Assembly: GCA_018826075.1 (NCBI GenBank)
Contig: JAHKAJ010000014.1
Coordinates: 20,066-84,065, forward strand
DNA: 64,000 bases
Origin: Candidatus Omnitrophota bacterium
Lineage (GTDB): Bacteria; Omnitrophota; Gorgyraeia; Duberdicusellales; 4484-171
Reading direction: 5' to 3'
Both the position numbers and the translations under genes were made by a program. Under the pieces are notes generated by a model. It had not been told where the DNA came from, made no database searches, and saw only the letters and a list, made by a program, of their open reading frames with translations. Positions within the stretch are counted from its first letter, which is position 1, and each line of letters begins with the position of its first letter. Positions 30,589 to 39,841 of the stretch are shown here, one piece after another.

Positions 30589-31944
30589 TCAAGCCTCTTG
30601 TTCCTCGCGGGACATGTCAGCAAACCGGGTAAATTCTTTAAGAAAAGTTAAATTAATACTTCCCACCGGACCGTTACGCTGTTTGGCTATTATTACTTCG
30701 GCGGTACCCCTGTTGGCATCAGTAGGATTATAATACTCCTCTCTAAAAAGCAAAACTACCACATCAGCATCTTGCTCGATCGCTCCTGATTCGCGTAAAT
30801 CAGACAGTTTCGGCCGGTGGCCTTCGCGTGACTCAACCGCCCGCGATAACTGACTGACGGCGATAACCGGTATGTTAAGCTCTTTGGCTAATGCTTTCAG
30901 ACTCTGGGAAATATCCGATATCTCCTGCTGACGGCTTTCACTGCGGCGAGTGCCCCGGATAAGCTGTAAATAATCGATTAACACCAGCTGTATTTCATGA
31001 TGAGCCTTTAGGCGCCGGGCTTTAGCCCGCAGTTCGAAAACAGTCATAGCCGGTGAATCATCGATGTAAATCGGAGCTTCGGAAAGCTTACCGGCAGCGC
31101 TGGTAAGCACCGGCCATTCCGAAGGAGCCAGAAATCCAGTCCGCATCCGGTTGACTTCGACCTTAGCTAAAGAACACAAAAACCTCTGCATCAGCTGTTC
31201 TTTAGACATTTCCAAACTAAAAATAGCTACCGGAATTTTTTCTTCGATAGCTACGTGAGCGGCTATCGATGTAACAAAAGCACTTTTACCCATTGACGGC
31301 CTTCCGGCACAAACTATCAGATCACCTTTCTGCAAACCAGCAGTCTTGGAATCAAAGTCCCGGAATCCGCTGGGAATTCCGGTAACATGAGATTTTTTAT
31401 GGTAAAGAGATTCAATCAACTCTATCCCATCTTTAATAATATCTTTGATATGGACGTATCCGCCCTCGACACGGCGGTCGCTGATCTCAAAAATCATCTT
31501 TTCAGCCTGATCGAGAAGCGAGCTGACGTCACCGTCGCCTTTATAAACCGAGGAAATTATAGAAGTTGCGCTGCCGATCAGCGAACGCAAAATCCCTTTT
31601 TCTTTTACAATCCTGGCGTAGTGGACCGCGCCGGCAGAAGTAGGAACAAAATCAGCCAGGGTAGCCAGATAAGTCGAGCCGCCAACTCGTTCCAATACTT
31701 TTTTCTTGCTCAGGTCTTCAGAAACTGTAAGAATATCTATTTTTTTACGCAGGTCAAAAAGAGAAAGAATACTGCTGTAGATCAGCTTGTGTTCATTCTT
31801 ATAGAACGCGGCTTCGTCAACCAGTTCAATTACTTCAGGTATGGCTTTTTCATCAAGCAGCATCGCTCCCAAAGTAGCCATTTCGGCTTCAATATTTTGG
31901 GGCGGGACCTTATCCAAATATTGGGTAGGGCTATCAACGCTCAT
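30589..31944 (-). CDS. dnaB: replicative DNA helicase
   Basis: PPQNIEAE, GRPSMGKS, FSLEMS, DYLQL and DLRESGAIEQDAD; no intein seen. Confidence 0.96.
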   Translation of the reverse strand: MSVDSPTQYLDKVPPQNIEAEMATLGAMLLDEKAIPEVIELVDEAAFYKNEHKLIYSSILSLFDLRKKIDILTVSEDLSKKKVLERVGGSTYLATLADFVPTSAGAVHYARIVKEKGILRSLIGSATSIISSVYKGDGDVSSLLDQAEKMIFEISDRRVEGGYVHIKDIIKDGIELIESLYHKKSHVTGIPSGFRDFDSKTAGLQKGDLIVCAGRPSMGKSAFVTSIAAHVAIEEKIPVAIFSLEMSKEQLMQRFLCSLAKVEVNRMRTGFLAPSEWPVLTSAAGKLSEAPIYIDDSPAMTVFELRAKARRLKAHHEIQLVLIDYLQLIRGTRRSESRQQEISDISQSLKALAKELNIPVIAVSQLSRAVESREGHRPKLSDLRESGAIEQDADVVVLLFREEYYNPTDANRGTAEVIIAKQRNGPVGSINLTFLKEFTRFADMSREEQEA

Positions 31945-31952
31945 ATGCGGTA

Positions 31953-32396
31953 TTATTTTTTGACGACCCAAACACGCAGCTTAGCTTCGACTTCCGGACA
32001 AAGAGATATTTTTAAATCGTAAACGCCGAGCTTACGCATGGGTTCAGGAACAAGAATACTGCCCTTTTGGAAAGAAATCCCCTCAGCTTCAAGAAGTTTT
32101 TCGATCTGGGACTCACTGATCGCTCCGTAAAGCTCTTCATCATCTTTAGCCTCAGCAGTAACCGTTAAAGAAATCTTCTCAATCTGCTCCTTTACTTTCA
32201 AAAACTTCTGTTTTTGAATTTCGCTGTTTTTTTCCCGGACTTTTTTCAAATCCTCGAACTTTTTCAGGCTTCCGGCATTAGCTAGTAGCGCCAAGCCTCG
32301 GGGAATAAGATAATTACGGGCATAGCCGTCTTTGACTTCTTTAGTCTGACCTTCTTGGCCAAGTTTACCTAAATCCGCAAGAAGAATAACTTTCAC
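31953..32396 (-). CDS. rplI: 50S ribosomal protein L9
   Basis: MKVIL...VKDGYARNYLIP...LYGAI. Confidence 0.96.
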   Translation of the reverse strand: MKVILLADLGKLGQEGQTKEVKDGYARNYLIPRGLALLANAGSLKKFEDLKKVREKNSEIQKQKFLKVKEQIEKISLTVTAEAKDDEELYGAISESQIEKLLEAEGISFQKGSILVPEPMRKLGVYDLKISLCPEVEAKLRVWVVKK

Positions 32397-32424
32397 TCTA
32401 ACACCTCTTTTTTTAATGAAACTT

Positions 32425-32486
32425 GTCCGCCAAAGGCGGACTTAGTTGAATTAACCCCTGGCATTGGCATCGCCAATGTCAGGGGT
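32425..32486. repeat. two adjacent hairpins (REP-like) between rpsR and rplI
   Basis: gtccgcc-aaa-ggcggac and acccctggcattggc-atc-gccaatgtcaggggt. Confidence 0.65.
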
Positions 32487-32494
32487 AAGTTAGA

Positions 32495-32758
32495 CTAAGA
32501 AAAAGTTTTACCGGAATACGGGAGTAGATTCAAAAAACGCGCCAATTTTACCTGACGGGCTATCTTGCGCTGATGCTTGGCACAATTGCCGCTGATCCGC
32601 CGGGATAATATTTTACCCCGCGAAGAAACATAGCGGGAAAGTAACTCTAAATTCTTATAGTCGATGTCGAGATTGTCTTTACAAAAACTACAGTCTTTTT
32701 TAAAACGTACTCCCTTTTTCGGTAAATCCTTTTTTTCCCTTGGTTCTCTTTTTAACAT
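32495..32758 (-). CDS. rpsR: 30S ribosomal protein S18
   Basis: [26 protein letters not shown] and LLPY. Confidence 0.96.
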   Translation of the reverse strand: MLKREPREKKDLPKKGVRFKKDCSFCKDNLDIDYKNLELLSRYVSSRGKILSRRISGNCAKHQRKIARQVKLARFLNLLPYSGKTFS

Positions 32759-32781
32759 ACTGAATCGTTTCTCCTTTGCCT

Positions 32782-33216
32782 TTATATTGCTTCTTTGTTT
32801 GGTGAATTATCGCCTTCTAAGTTAAAAACTTCTTCGGGAGCTTCGCCTAGGTCGACTTCCGAAGAACTTTGCTGCTCTCTTGGCTGGCCGGAAGACATAA
32901 ACTGCACCCGGGCAGCAACCACTTCCAAAGTGCTGCGGTTTTTACCTTCGGCGTTCTGCCAGTTGCGCGACTGCAGGCGCCCTTCTACCAAAACCTGCCG
33001 GCCTTTCTGCAAATACTGGTTGCAGACCTCGGCCATCTGGCCCCAGACTACAACATTGACAAAGCAAGTGCTTTTTTGCTGCTGGCCGGTTTTATCCTTA
33101 AAAGAACTGTTGGAAGCTATCCTTAAAGTTGTCACTGCCGTCCCTTGAGGGGTATAGCGTAGTTCCGGATCTTTAGTCAAATTACCTACCATAAATACTT
33201 TATTGAAACTTAACAT
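32782..33216 (-). CDS. ssb: single-stranded DNA-binding protein
   Basis: [18 protein letters not shown] and VEGRLQSR. Confidence 0.95.
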   Translation of the reverse strand: MLSFNKVFMVGNLTKDPELRYTPQGTAVTTLRIASNSSFKDKTGQQQKSTCFVNVVVWGQMAEVCNQYLQKGRQVLVEGRLQSRNWQNAEGKNRSTLEVVAARVQFMSSGQPREQQSSSEVDLGEAPEEVFNLEGDNSPNKEAI

Positions 33217-33232
33217 CTCTTTCCTCCAATTC

Positions 33233-33577
33233 TTAAGACCGTTCCCGCTCCAAGGCCGCAGCCTGGTCTTCTTTACTTATAATGATATTGCGCAAAATTC
33301 TTTCTTCCAAGCGCATCGCTTCTTTAAGCTCATCCATTTTATCCGTATCTAAAAGAAAATTAACCAGCCAATAACATCCCTTGGCATATTTTTTCTTTTC
33401 AGCGCCGCGGGATTTCAAAGGGTAATAAAAGTTGTGCTCCTTAACCCATATCTTGGAAGCTGATACTTTCCCCTCGAGGCCCTCGATCTTTTTAATGATC
33501 TTATTGAATATTTCCTGCTGTTGGTCGTCGCCCAGGTCCGGCCTGATTATCATCATACTTTCGTAATTTCTTTGCAC
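33233..33577 (-). CDS. rpsF: 30S ribosomal protein S6
   Basis: RNYESMMIIRPDL...ILR; canonical rpsF-ssb-rpsR order. Confidence 0.92.
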   Translation of the reverse strand: MQRNYESMMIIRPDLGDDQQQEIFNKIIKKIEGLEGKVSASKIWVKEHNFYYPLKSRGAEKKKYAKGCYWLVNFLLDTDKMDELKEAMRLEERILRNIIISKEDQAAALERERS

Positions 33578-33590
33578 GGTTAAAAACCTC

Positions 33591-34169
33591 CTAACTTGTT
33601 AGCTTTCGATTATATTTAGACATCGCTGATTCAACACCTTCAATCACCCAATCCCGGCACGCTCCTGCAGCCTGGGCAATCACTTCCTCTAAGGTTTCCC
33701 TTTCTAAATCAAGAAAATCAGAAAGAACATAATCTGCTGTATCTCGACGGGGATCTCTTCCGATCCCGATCCGCAAACGGTTTATCTCTTCAGTCCCTAA
33801 GCTGTCGATTATTGACTGCATGCCGCGATGGCCGCCGGAAGAACCGCTGCGTTTGAACCGGATCATCCCTAACTCAAGATCGGCATCGTCGTAAACGATG
33901 AGAACATTTTCAAGAGAAAAACCGTATTTTTTTAAGGCTTTTCTTAGACAAAGGCCGGAATTGTTCATATAAGCGGCCGGCTTAACCAAACAAAACCCCT
34001 GTTCATCCGGTAAGGTTTTGCTTAAAGCTACTAACCCTCCTAGACCAAATTTTCTTTTAAAAGAACAATCGCTCTCTTGGGCAATCCTTTCGACTGTTCG
34101 ATAACCGATATTGTGCCGATTTTTTCTATACTGACTGCCGGGATTGCCAAGGCCAAAGATAAACTTCAC
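33591..34169 (-). CDS. pth: peptidyl-tRNA hydrolase
   Basis: GLGNPG, RHNIG, YMNNSG, GGHRG and RLRIGIG; start moved to the GTG at 34169. Confidence 0.94.
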   Translation of the reverse strand: MKFIFGLGNPGSQYRKNRHNIGYRTVERIAQESDCSFKRKFGLGGLVALSKTLPDEQGFCLVKPAAYMNNSGLCLRKALKKYGFSLENVLIVYDDADLELGMIRFKRSGSSGGHRGMQSIIDSLGTEEINRLRIGIGRDPRRDTADYVLSDFLDLERETLEEVIAQAAGACRDWVIEGVESAMSKYNRKLTS

Positions 34170-34170
34170 T

Positions 34171-34890
34171 TTATTTCTTTTCTTTACCTTCTTTGGCTTC
34201 CTTAGGTTTAGCTTCCTTAGGCTTAGCTTCTTTGGCTGAACCTTCAGGAACCTCTTTCTTTTCCTTAATAACTTCCGGTTCCTGGGACGGAATTCCTTCG
34301 GCTGCGGCTTCAACTTCTACCTCTTCCTGTTTAGCCAAAGCGGTGACTACAGCTTCTTCTAGTTCGCTTATAATCTTGATATTCTCGGGAACCTTCAACT
34401 GTTCAACATGGATAGATCTTCCTATCTCCAGCCCTGAGATATCTAAATCGACGTGCTCGGGTATGTCCAAAGGAAAGCCTTCGACTTCCAACTCGCGTAA
34501 GATCTGTTCAACGACTCCTTCGGCTTCTTTAACGGCCTTGGCCTCACCCTTTAAAATAATCGGAATATTTACCCGGATTTTTTCGGTCAAAGACACCTTT
34601 AAAAAATCAATATGGTCAATAGCTTCAGTCAAAGGGTTAAATTGCACATCTTTGATAAAAACCGGCATGGAAAGGGAATCCTTTTCCCCGGTTATGTCCA
34701 TATCGATTATCGTACTTTCGGAAAAATGTATCGACCGTAACACCTTTAAACCCTCTACCGGTATGCTTAGAACAGTGTTTACATCGTTACTATAAACCAC
34801 TGCCGGGATGAACCCTTGTTTACGCAACTTTTTGACAATTTCTTTGCCTCTACCTTCTCTCAAACTTACTTTAATTTTTACTCTTTCCAT
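34171..34890 (-). CDS. rplY: 50S ribosomal protein L25/Ctc
   Basis: LRKQGFIPAVVY, DVQFNP, HIDF and EPEVIK; C-terminal KEAKP repeats. Confidence 0.94.
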   Translation of the reverse strand: MERVKIKVSLREGRGKEIVKKLRKQGFIPAVVYSNDVNTVLSIPVEGLKVLRSIHFSESTIIDMDITGEKDSLSMPVFIKDVQFNPLTEAIDHIDFLKVSLTEKIRVNIPIILKGEAKAVKEAEGVVEQILRELEVEGFPLDIPEHVDLDISGLEIGRSIHVEQLKVPENIKIISELEEAVVTALAKQEEVEVEAAAEGIPSQEPEVIKEKKEVPEGSAKEAKPKEAKPKEAKEGKEKK

Positions 34891-34892
34891 AG

Positions 34893-35843
34893 TTATCCTT
34901 TCTCCAATGAATTAAACAAGACACTAATTGACTCCTCAAAATGGATCCTTTTTATTGCATCAGCAAAAAGGCTGCTCACTGAGGCTACCTTGATTTTCTT
35001 ACTTTTTTTAGAATCGGCCAAGGGAATTGAATCAGTAATCACTAAGGTGTCAATGCACGACTTATTGATCTTGGAAACTGCATCAGCCGAAAGGATGCCG
35101 TGGGTAATCGCTGCAAAGATCTTCTCGGCTCCGGCTTTCTTCAAAGCCCGGGCTGCTTCCACTATTGAAGACCCAGTGGCAATTATGTCATCGACCAAAA
35201 TCACATTTTTACCATCGACTTCACCCAGGATATGCATGACTTCAGTAGCTTCCGGTGAATTACGCCGTTTATCGACAATAGCCAGGCCGGCCCGAAAACG
35301 TTTAGCATAAGCTCGGGCGGTTTTTATCCCTCCTACATCCGGGGAAGCAATAACCATATTATTAAACCTCATCCTGCGAAAAGAATCGACAAAAACATTA
35401 GTAGCATACAAATGATCCAAGGGGATATCAAAAAAACCTTGGATCTGCCCGGCGTGTAAATCTAAAGTCAAAATTCGGTCGGCACCAGCCTCATCTAAAA
35501 CGTTAGCCACCAGTTTAGCGGTTATCGGGACTCGCGGCTGGTCTTTGCGGTCCTGGCGGGCATAACCAAAATAAGGAATAACCGCGGTGATTCTCTGGGC
35601 TGAAGCCCTTCGCAAAGCATCAAGCATGATCAATAACTCCATTAGATTTTCATTGACCGGCGGACAGGTCGGCTGAATAACAAAGACGTCTTTGCCTCTT
35701 ACATTTTCTCCGATCTCTACTCTTATCTCGCCATCGCTGAAATGGGAAATGAAAGCTTGGCCGAGTTTTACTTTAAGATTCTTACAAATCTTTTCAGCAA
35801 GTTTTTTATTGGCGCTACCGCTGAAAATAACCATTTTATCCAT
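34893..35843 (-). CDS. prs: ribose-phosphate pyrophosphokinase
   Basis: FSDGE, YFGYARQDRK, DLHAGQIQGFF and VDDIIATG. Confidence 0.97.
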   Translation of the reverse strand: MDKMVIFSGSANKKLAEKICKNLKVKLGQAFISHFSDGEIRVEIGENVRGKDVFVIQPTCPPVNENLMELLIMLDALRRASAQRITAVIPYFGYARQDRKDQPRVPITAKLVANVLDEAGADRILTLDLHAGQIQGFFDIPLDHLYATNVFVDSFRRMRFNNMVIASPDVGGIKTARAYAKRFRAGLAIVDKRRNSPEATEVMHILGEVDGKNVILVDDIIATGSSIVEAARALKKAGAEKIFAAITHGILSADAVSKINKSCIDTLVITDSIPLADSKKSKKIKVASVSSLFADAIKRIHFEESISVLFNSLEKG

Positions 35844-35846
35844 AGA

Positions 35847-37130
35847 TCACCTCTTGCGACTATCTTTTGTTTTTTTAAGCAGTCTGGCCGGAACCCCTAA
35901 TACCACAGTATTAGCTTTAACGTCTTTAGTGACTACGCTGCCGGCCCCGGTTCGGCTGTTTTTGCCGACTTTTACCGGCGCGACTAAAATCGTATCCGAA
36001 CCGATAAAAGAACCCTGAGAAATCTTTGTTTTCCACTTCTTTTTACCGTCAAAATTAGCCACCACTGTTCCGGCGCCAATATTAACTTTATCTTCCACTA
36101 CCGTATCTCCTAAGTAGCCAAAATGCTTGATTTTCACCTTGTTTCCGACCCGGCAGCGGTTTATTTCCAGGAAATTACCGACCTCGGTATCATCCCCTAT
36201 CCGGGTACCTTGACGCAAATGCAAGAAAGGCCCCAGGGAACAATTGCGGCCAATTATAACACCTTTCTCTATGAAGGTAAAGGGATAAATTGTAGTATTT
36301 TTTCCAATGCTTACCCCCTGCTCAATAAAGACAGTTTCAGCGTCAATTATCCTAACCTGATGCTGAATAAAACCGTTGACTATCCTTTGACGCATGACTT
36401 TTCGGGCTAAAACTAAATCTTCCTGGCTATTAATGCCTTCAATCTCATAAGAATCAGCCAGACGGTACGAACTTAAAGGCTCACCCTGCTGGTAGAATAG
36501 GTCGATGAGATCAGTAAGAAAATATTCCTTTTTCCGGGGGTTCGGTTTAATTTCAGGCAGGTTTTTTAGTAAAGCTTTACGTTGAAAACAATAAATCCCA
36601 CTATTGATCTCCTGGAAAATACTGGCTGCGCTCCCGATCTCTATCTTTTCGATAATCTTCTTGGGGTTACCTTGCGGGTCATAAAGAACAGTTCCCAGGG
36701 AGTTTTCTCTTTTTACTACTGCAGTCAAAAAAGCGCCTGGCCTCTCTTGGCTTAGGTAAAAAGAAATCAGTTTGCCTAAACTGGCTGCGGTTATCAAAGG
36801 AGCATCTCCACAAACAACTAAAAGGTTATCTTGTTTTGCCCGTTTAAGGGCAGCTTCTACGGCTTTAGCCGTACCGTTAAGTTTGGGTTGACGGACAAAC
36901 TCTATGTTAGAGTTCTTAGGAAAATAACTTTTAACTTCTTTTTCTACGGTTTTAGCCTGATAACCGATAACCACCACTATCTTCTTAATGTACTTTTTCA
37001 AACTAAGCAGCTCGCGCAAAACGTAAAAAATCAAAGACTTACCCAGCAAATCCTGCAAAACCTTAGGCTGGGCAGAGTTCATCCGCTCGCCTTTTCCCGC
37101 CGCCAAAACTATTGCCGTAAATTTACTCAT
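35847..37130 (-). CDS. glmU: bifunctional UDP-GlcNAc pyrophosphorylase/acetyltransferase
   Basis: LAAGKGERM, GDAP, EINSG, EYFLTD and hexapeptide repeats; start moved to 37130. Confidence 0.93.
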   Translation of the reverse strand: MSKFTAIVLAAGKGERMNSAQPKVLQDLLGKSLIFYVLRELLSLKKYIKKIVVVIGYQAKTVEKEVKSYFPKNSNIEFVRQPKLNGTAKAVEAALKRAKQDNLLVVCGDAPLITAASLGKLISFYLSQERPGAFLTAVVKRENSLGTVLYDPQGNPKKIIEKIEIGSAASIFQEINSGIYCFQRKALLKNLPEIKPNPRKKEYFLTDLIDLFYQQGEPLSSYRLADSYEIEGINSQEDLVLARKVMRQRIVNGFIQHQVRIIDAETVFIEQGVSIGKNTTIYPFTFIEKGVIIGRNCSLGPFLHLRQGTRIGDDTEVGNFLEINRCRVGNKVKIKHFGYLGDTVVEDKVNIGAGTVVANFDGKKKWKTKISQGSFIGSDTILVAPVKVGKNSRTGAGSVVTKDVKANTVVLGVPARLLKKTKDSRKR

Positions 37131-37136
37131 ATTAAT

Positions 37137-37508
37137 TAGCTGCCCTGCTTCGCTCTTCAACAACTAAATTGCAGTGGAGCTTCGCAGGGGCAGTTCTGCT
37201 TCGCCCTAAAGGAATCTACGTTTCAAGAATGCAAATCCCGAACCTGACTTAAGATATTTCTCAAATTCTTCTGCGCGTGCTTTATTTGTAAACGTAATAT
37301 ATGTCTGCAATTTCCAAGGCATATAGCGTTTCGTATATAACGAATCTCCCTTGTTATGCTCTCTTATCCTACGCTCTAAATTCTGAGTGAAACCTATATA
37401 ACATCTAGCTGGATATTCTTTGCTCGTTAAAATATATACAATATTCATCTTCAGTTCCTGCGAAGCCCTACTGTTATTTACCTATCGAAGGGCGAAGCAG
37501 AACTGCCC
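37137..37508 (-). mobile_element. putative mini-element: GIY-YIG gene flanked by inverted structured repeats at the tRNA-Gln 3' end
   Basis: 20-bp perfect IR gggcagttctgcttcgccct (37188-37207 and reverse complement at 37489-37508), plus homologous hairpins on both flanks; interrupts conserved tRNA-Gln-glmU synteny. Confidence 0.55.
37206..37448 (-). CDS. small GIY-YIG nuclease family protein
   Basis: VYIL...YIGFTQNLERRIREHN...YTKRYMPW...AEEFEKYLKSGSG. Confidence 0.9.
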   Translation of the reverse strand: MNIVYILTSKEYPARCYIGFTQNLERRIREHNKGDSLYTKRYMPWKLQTYITFTNKARAEEFEKYLKSGSGFAFLKRRFL

Positions 37509-37574
37509 GGTCTGGACTCGAACCAGAAAAGGCAGCTCCAAAAGCTGCTGTGTTACCGATTACACTACCGGGCA
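37503..37574 (-). tRNA. tRNA-Gln (TTG)
   Basis: TGCCCGG/CCGGGCA acceptor stem, GTGT/ACAC D stem, GCAGC-TT-TTG-GA-GCTGC anticodon arm, TTCGAGT T-loop; no encoded CCA. Confidence 0.95.
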
Positions 37575-37591
37575 ATTTTAGTGGTATACTA

Positions 37592-38008
37592 TTATTCCGA
37601 ATCCTTGACTTTCTGCTCTTCCCGGCGGTGATCTTTGCTCGGGGATGTTTTTTCGCGCTGATAAGCATCCAAAACTTTACTTTGAAGATAATCGCGAAAT
37701 TCCTGATTGATCGGGTGGGCTAAATCCTGATGGGTTGCTCCCCGATTTTCATCGCTACTCCTGGGAGCAGGCGGTAACTGCACCCCGCAATAATTGCAAT
37801 ACTGACTGCCAACATCTACTTTTTTGCCGCAGCGGGGGCAAAACTGCTTCAATTTACGCGCCGGCATAGCAACAAAAAGGCCGCTATTTCCTTCAATAAC
37901 CTTGATATTCCTGACTACAAAAGAATTATCAAGGGTGATTGTTGCATAGGCTTTAAGCCGTTTTCCCTCACCTTCTCGAAGTGAAACCCTGACTTCTGTG
38001 ATCTCCAT
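37592..38008 (-). CDS. spoVG: SpoVG-family protein with zinc-ribbon insertion
   Basis: MEITEVRV, LKAYA, GLFVAMP, CPRCG...CNYCG insert and DLAHPIN. Confidence 0.88.
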   Translation of the reverse strand: MEITEVRVSLREGEGKRLKAYATITLDNSFVVRNIKVIEGNSGLFVAMPARKLKQFCPRCGKKVDVGSQYCNYCGVQLPPAPRSSDENRGATHQDLAHPINQEFRDYLQSKVLDAYQREKTSPSKDHRREEQKVKDSE

Positions 38009-38073
38009 CGACTTTACCTCCTTTTCAAGATGTATCTCGCCTTAACTGGCTTTTTCTAAAAGTAGTTTTCTAT

Positions 38074-38967
38074 TCAAAAAGTCTCTGTCGCAAAAACTTT
38101 CCAAGAAGATGACAGGCTGTTTTTCAAAACTTTTAAAGCTAAAGGAGTATCAGTCGTATAGAGCGCACTGCCTGAACCGGTCACTTTGGCAAAAATATTC
38201 CTTTCAGTCAAATATCGTTTTGCTTTCCTTAACTCTGGACAAATAGAACAGGCATTTTCCTCTAAAGCGTTAAAAATACTTTTCTTAATCAGAGCCGTAT
38301 CTTTACGCTCGAGCGCATTCTGTAATATCTTAGCACTATTAAAAAATTTTGTCAATTTAGGTTTAGCCCGGGCATAGACTGCCTTGGTCGATATTGATTT
38401 TCCCGGCCAGATGATGAAATGCTTAAACTTGCTGTTGATCGCTAAAGGCCTTACCTTTTCGCCTCTTCCGGAAATATAGGCAAAACGGCTCTGGGAAAGA
38501 AAAAAGTTTACATCACTGCCCAGAGCCTGGCCTAAACGATATAGTTGGACCTTGTTTAAACCTAGATCAAATAAACTATTTAAAGCTAAAACAGTGCTGG
38601 CAGCATTAGATGAACCGCCGCCCAACCCTGAACCTACGGGTATATTCTTCTTTAGCCTGATATCTAAACCGTAGGGGATCCGATAACGTTTTTTTATCAG
38701 CTGAGCCGCTTTGACCACTAAATTATTTTTAGTTTCTAAACTTTTACAGTTAGATGAAAGCTTAATCCCAAAGTCAGTCTTTACGGTGACCTCGATCTCA
38801 TCCTTAAGCGAGATGCGCTCGACAATACTCTCTAAGCGGTGAAAACCGTCGGGATATTTACCTATAATATTAAGGTAGAGATTTATCTTGGCGGGGCTAA
38901 GAATTCTGACTTTACTGCCGGAAAATCTTTTTTGCTTTTTTAGCGATACAATCAGCGGAGAGGCCAT
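38074..38967 (-). CDS. ispE: 4-diphosphocytidyl-2-C-methyl-D-erythritol kinase
   Basis: PAKINLYL, KNIPVGSGLGGGSSNAA, GSDV and TGSGS; start uncertain. Confidence 0.92.
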   Translation of the reverse strand: MASPLIVSLKKQKRFSGSKVRILSPAKINLYLNIIGKYPDGFHRLESIVERISLKDEIEVTVKTDFGIKLSSNCKSLETKNNLVVKAAQLIKKRYRIPYGLDIRLKKNIPVGSGLGGGSSNAASTVLALNSLFDLGLNKVQLYRLGQALGSDVNFFLSQSRFAYISGRGEKVRPLAINSKFKHFIIWPGKSISTKAVYARAKPKLTKFFNSAKILQNALERKDTALIKKSIFNALEENACSICPELRKAKRYLTERNIFAKVTGSGSALYTTDTPLALKVLKNSLSSSWKVFATETF

Positions 38968-39841
38968 AAAATTCCATAAGCTCCTTGGGCGATCCTGATT
39001 GCCCAAATACATTCTCAATCCCGATGCGCTCGACTTTAACCGGGGCCTTGCGGATCAAAGTTTCAGCTACTGCCGAAAATAGCCCCCCGGTAACTTGATG
39101 CTCTTCGCAAACCAGAATCGTTTTATAGTTTTTAGCCAGGTTTACCAGCAAATCCTCATCTAATGGCTTTAAACTATGTAGGTTGACCACTGCTGCAAAG
39201 ATACCTTCCTTTTCTAAAATAGCGCTGGCAGCCAGAGCTTCCTGAACCATGATCCCGCAAGCAATGATTGCCAAGTCTTTTCCTTCCTTTAAAGATTGCC
39301 CCTTTCCGAAAATAAAATTAGCTTTGTTCTCGAGGCTGGAAATCTTTGAACGGCCGAGCCGAATATAGAAAGGGCCCTTATTTTTATAAGCGCAGATAAC
39401 CGCTTCCCGGGTTTGGGGGCCGTCAGCCGGAACTATTATCTTCATGTTAGGAATAGCTCTGAAAAAGTTTATATCTTCAAGCGCCTGGTGTGACGCCCCG
39501 TCTTCGCCTACGGTTATTCCGCCATGGGTAGCAACAATTTTAACATTAAAATTATTGCTGCAAATCGAATTACGCACCTGATCCAGAGCCCGGGCAGTAG
39601 CGAACATAGCGAAAGTCGAAGCAAAAACAACTTTACCGCTGCTGGCCAGCCCTGCGGCTGTGGCCATCATGTTCTGTTCAGCAACCCCAAAGTTAAAAAA
39701 CCGGTCGGGAAAGGCTTTTTGAAAGATCGCGGTCCGGGTAGACCCGGAAAGGTCAGCGTCCAAAACAACTAGATCTTTATCTTTCTGCCCCAACTCGACT
39801 AAAGTCTGGCCGTAAACGTCTCTGGCGTATACTTTATCCAT
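38912..39841 (-). CDS. transketolase C-terminal subunit
   Basis: DADLSGST, GVAEQNM, GEDGASHQ and EEHQ. Confidence 0.92.
   Translation of the reverse strand: MDKVYARDVYGQTLVELGQKDKDLVVLDADLSGSTRTAIFQKAFPDRFFNFGVAEQNMMATAAGLASSGKVVFASTFAMFATARALDQVRNSICSNNFNVKIVATHGGITVGEDGASHQALEDINFFRAIPNMKIIVPADGPQTREAVICAYKNKGPFYIRLGRSKISSLENKANFIFGKGQSLKEGKDLAIIACGIMVQEALAASAILEKEGIFAAVVNLHSLKPLDEDLLVNLAKNYKTILVCEEHQVTGGLFSAVAETLIRKAPVKVERIGIENVFGQSGSPKELMEFYGLSADCIAKKAKKIFRQ

Noticed and set aside
34189-34237. Short tandem repeat of about 15 bp
   Set aside because: It encodes the low-complexity KEAKP tail of L25; not a CRISPR or mobile repeat.
34193-34795. Long plus-strand ORFs opposite core genes (also 31387-32022, 10137-10670, 60376-60888 and others)
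   Set aside because: Antisense shadows of well-supported genes, with no recognisable motifs.
37188-37207. Possible attL/attR of a tRNA-integrated prophage or island
   Set aside because: The copy is inverted rather than direct, includes only 6 nt of the tRNA, and there is no integrase; treated as a GIY-YIG element end instead.
37474-37668. 64-aa minus-strand ORF
   Set aside because: It reads through tRNA-Gln and the end of spoVG; spurious.
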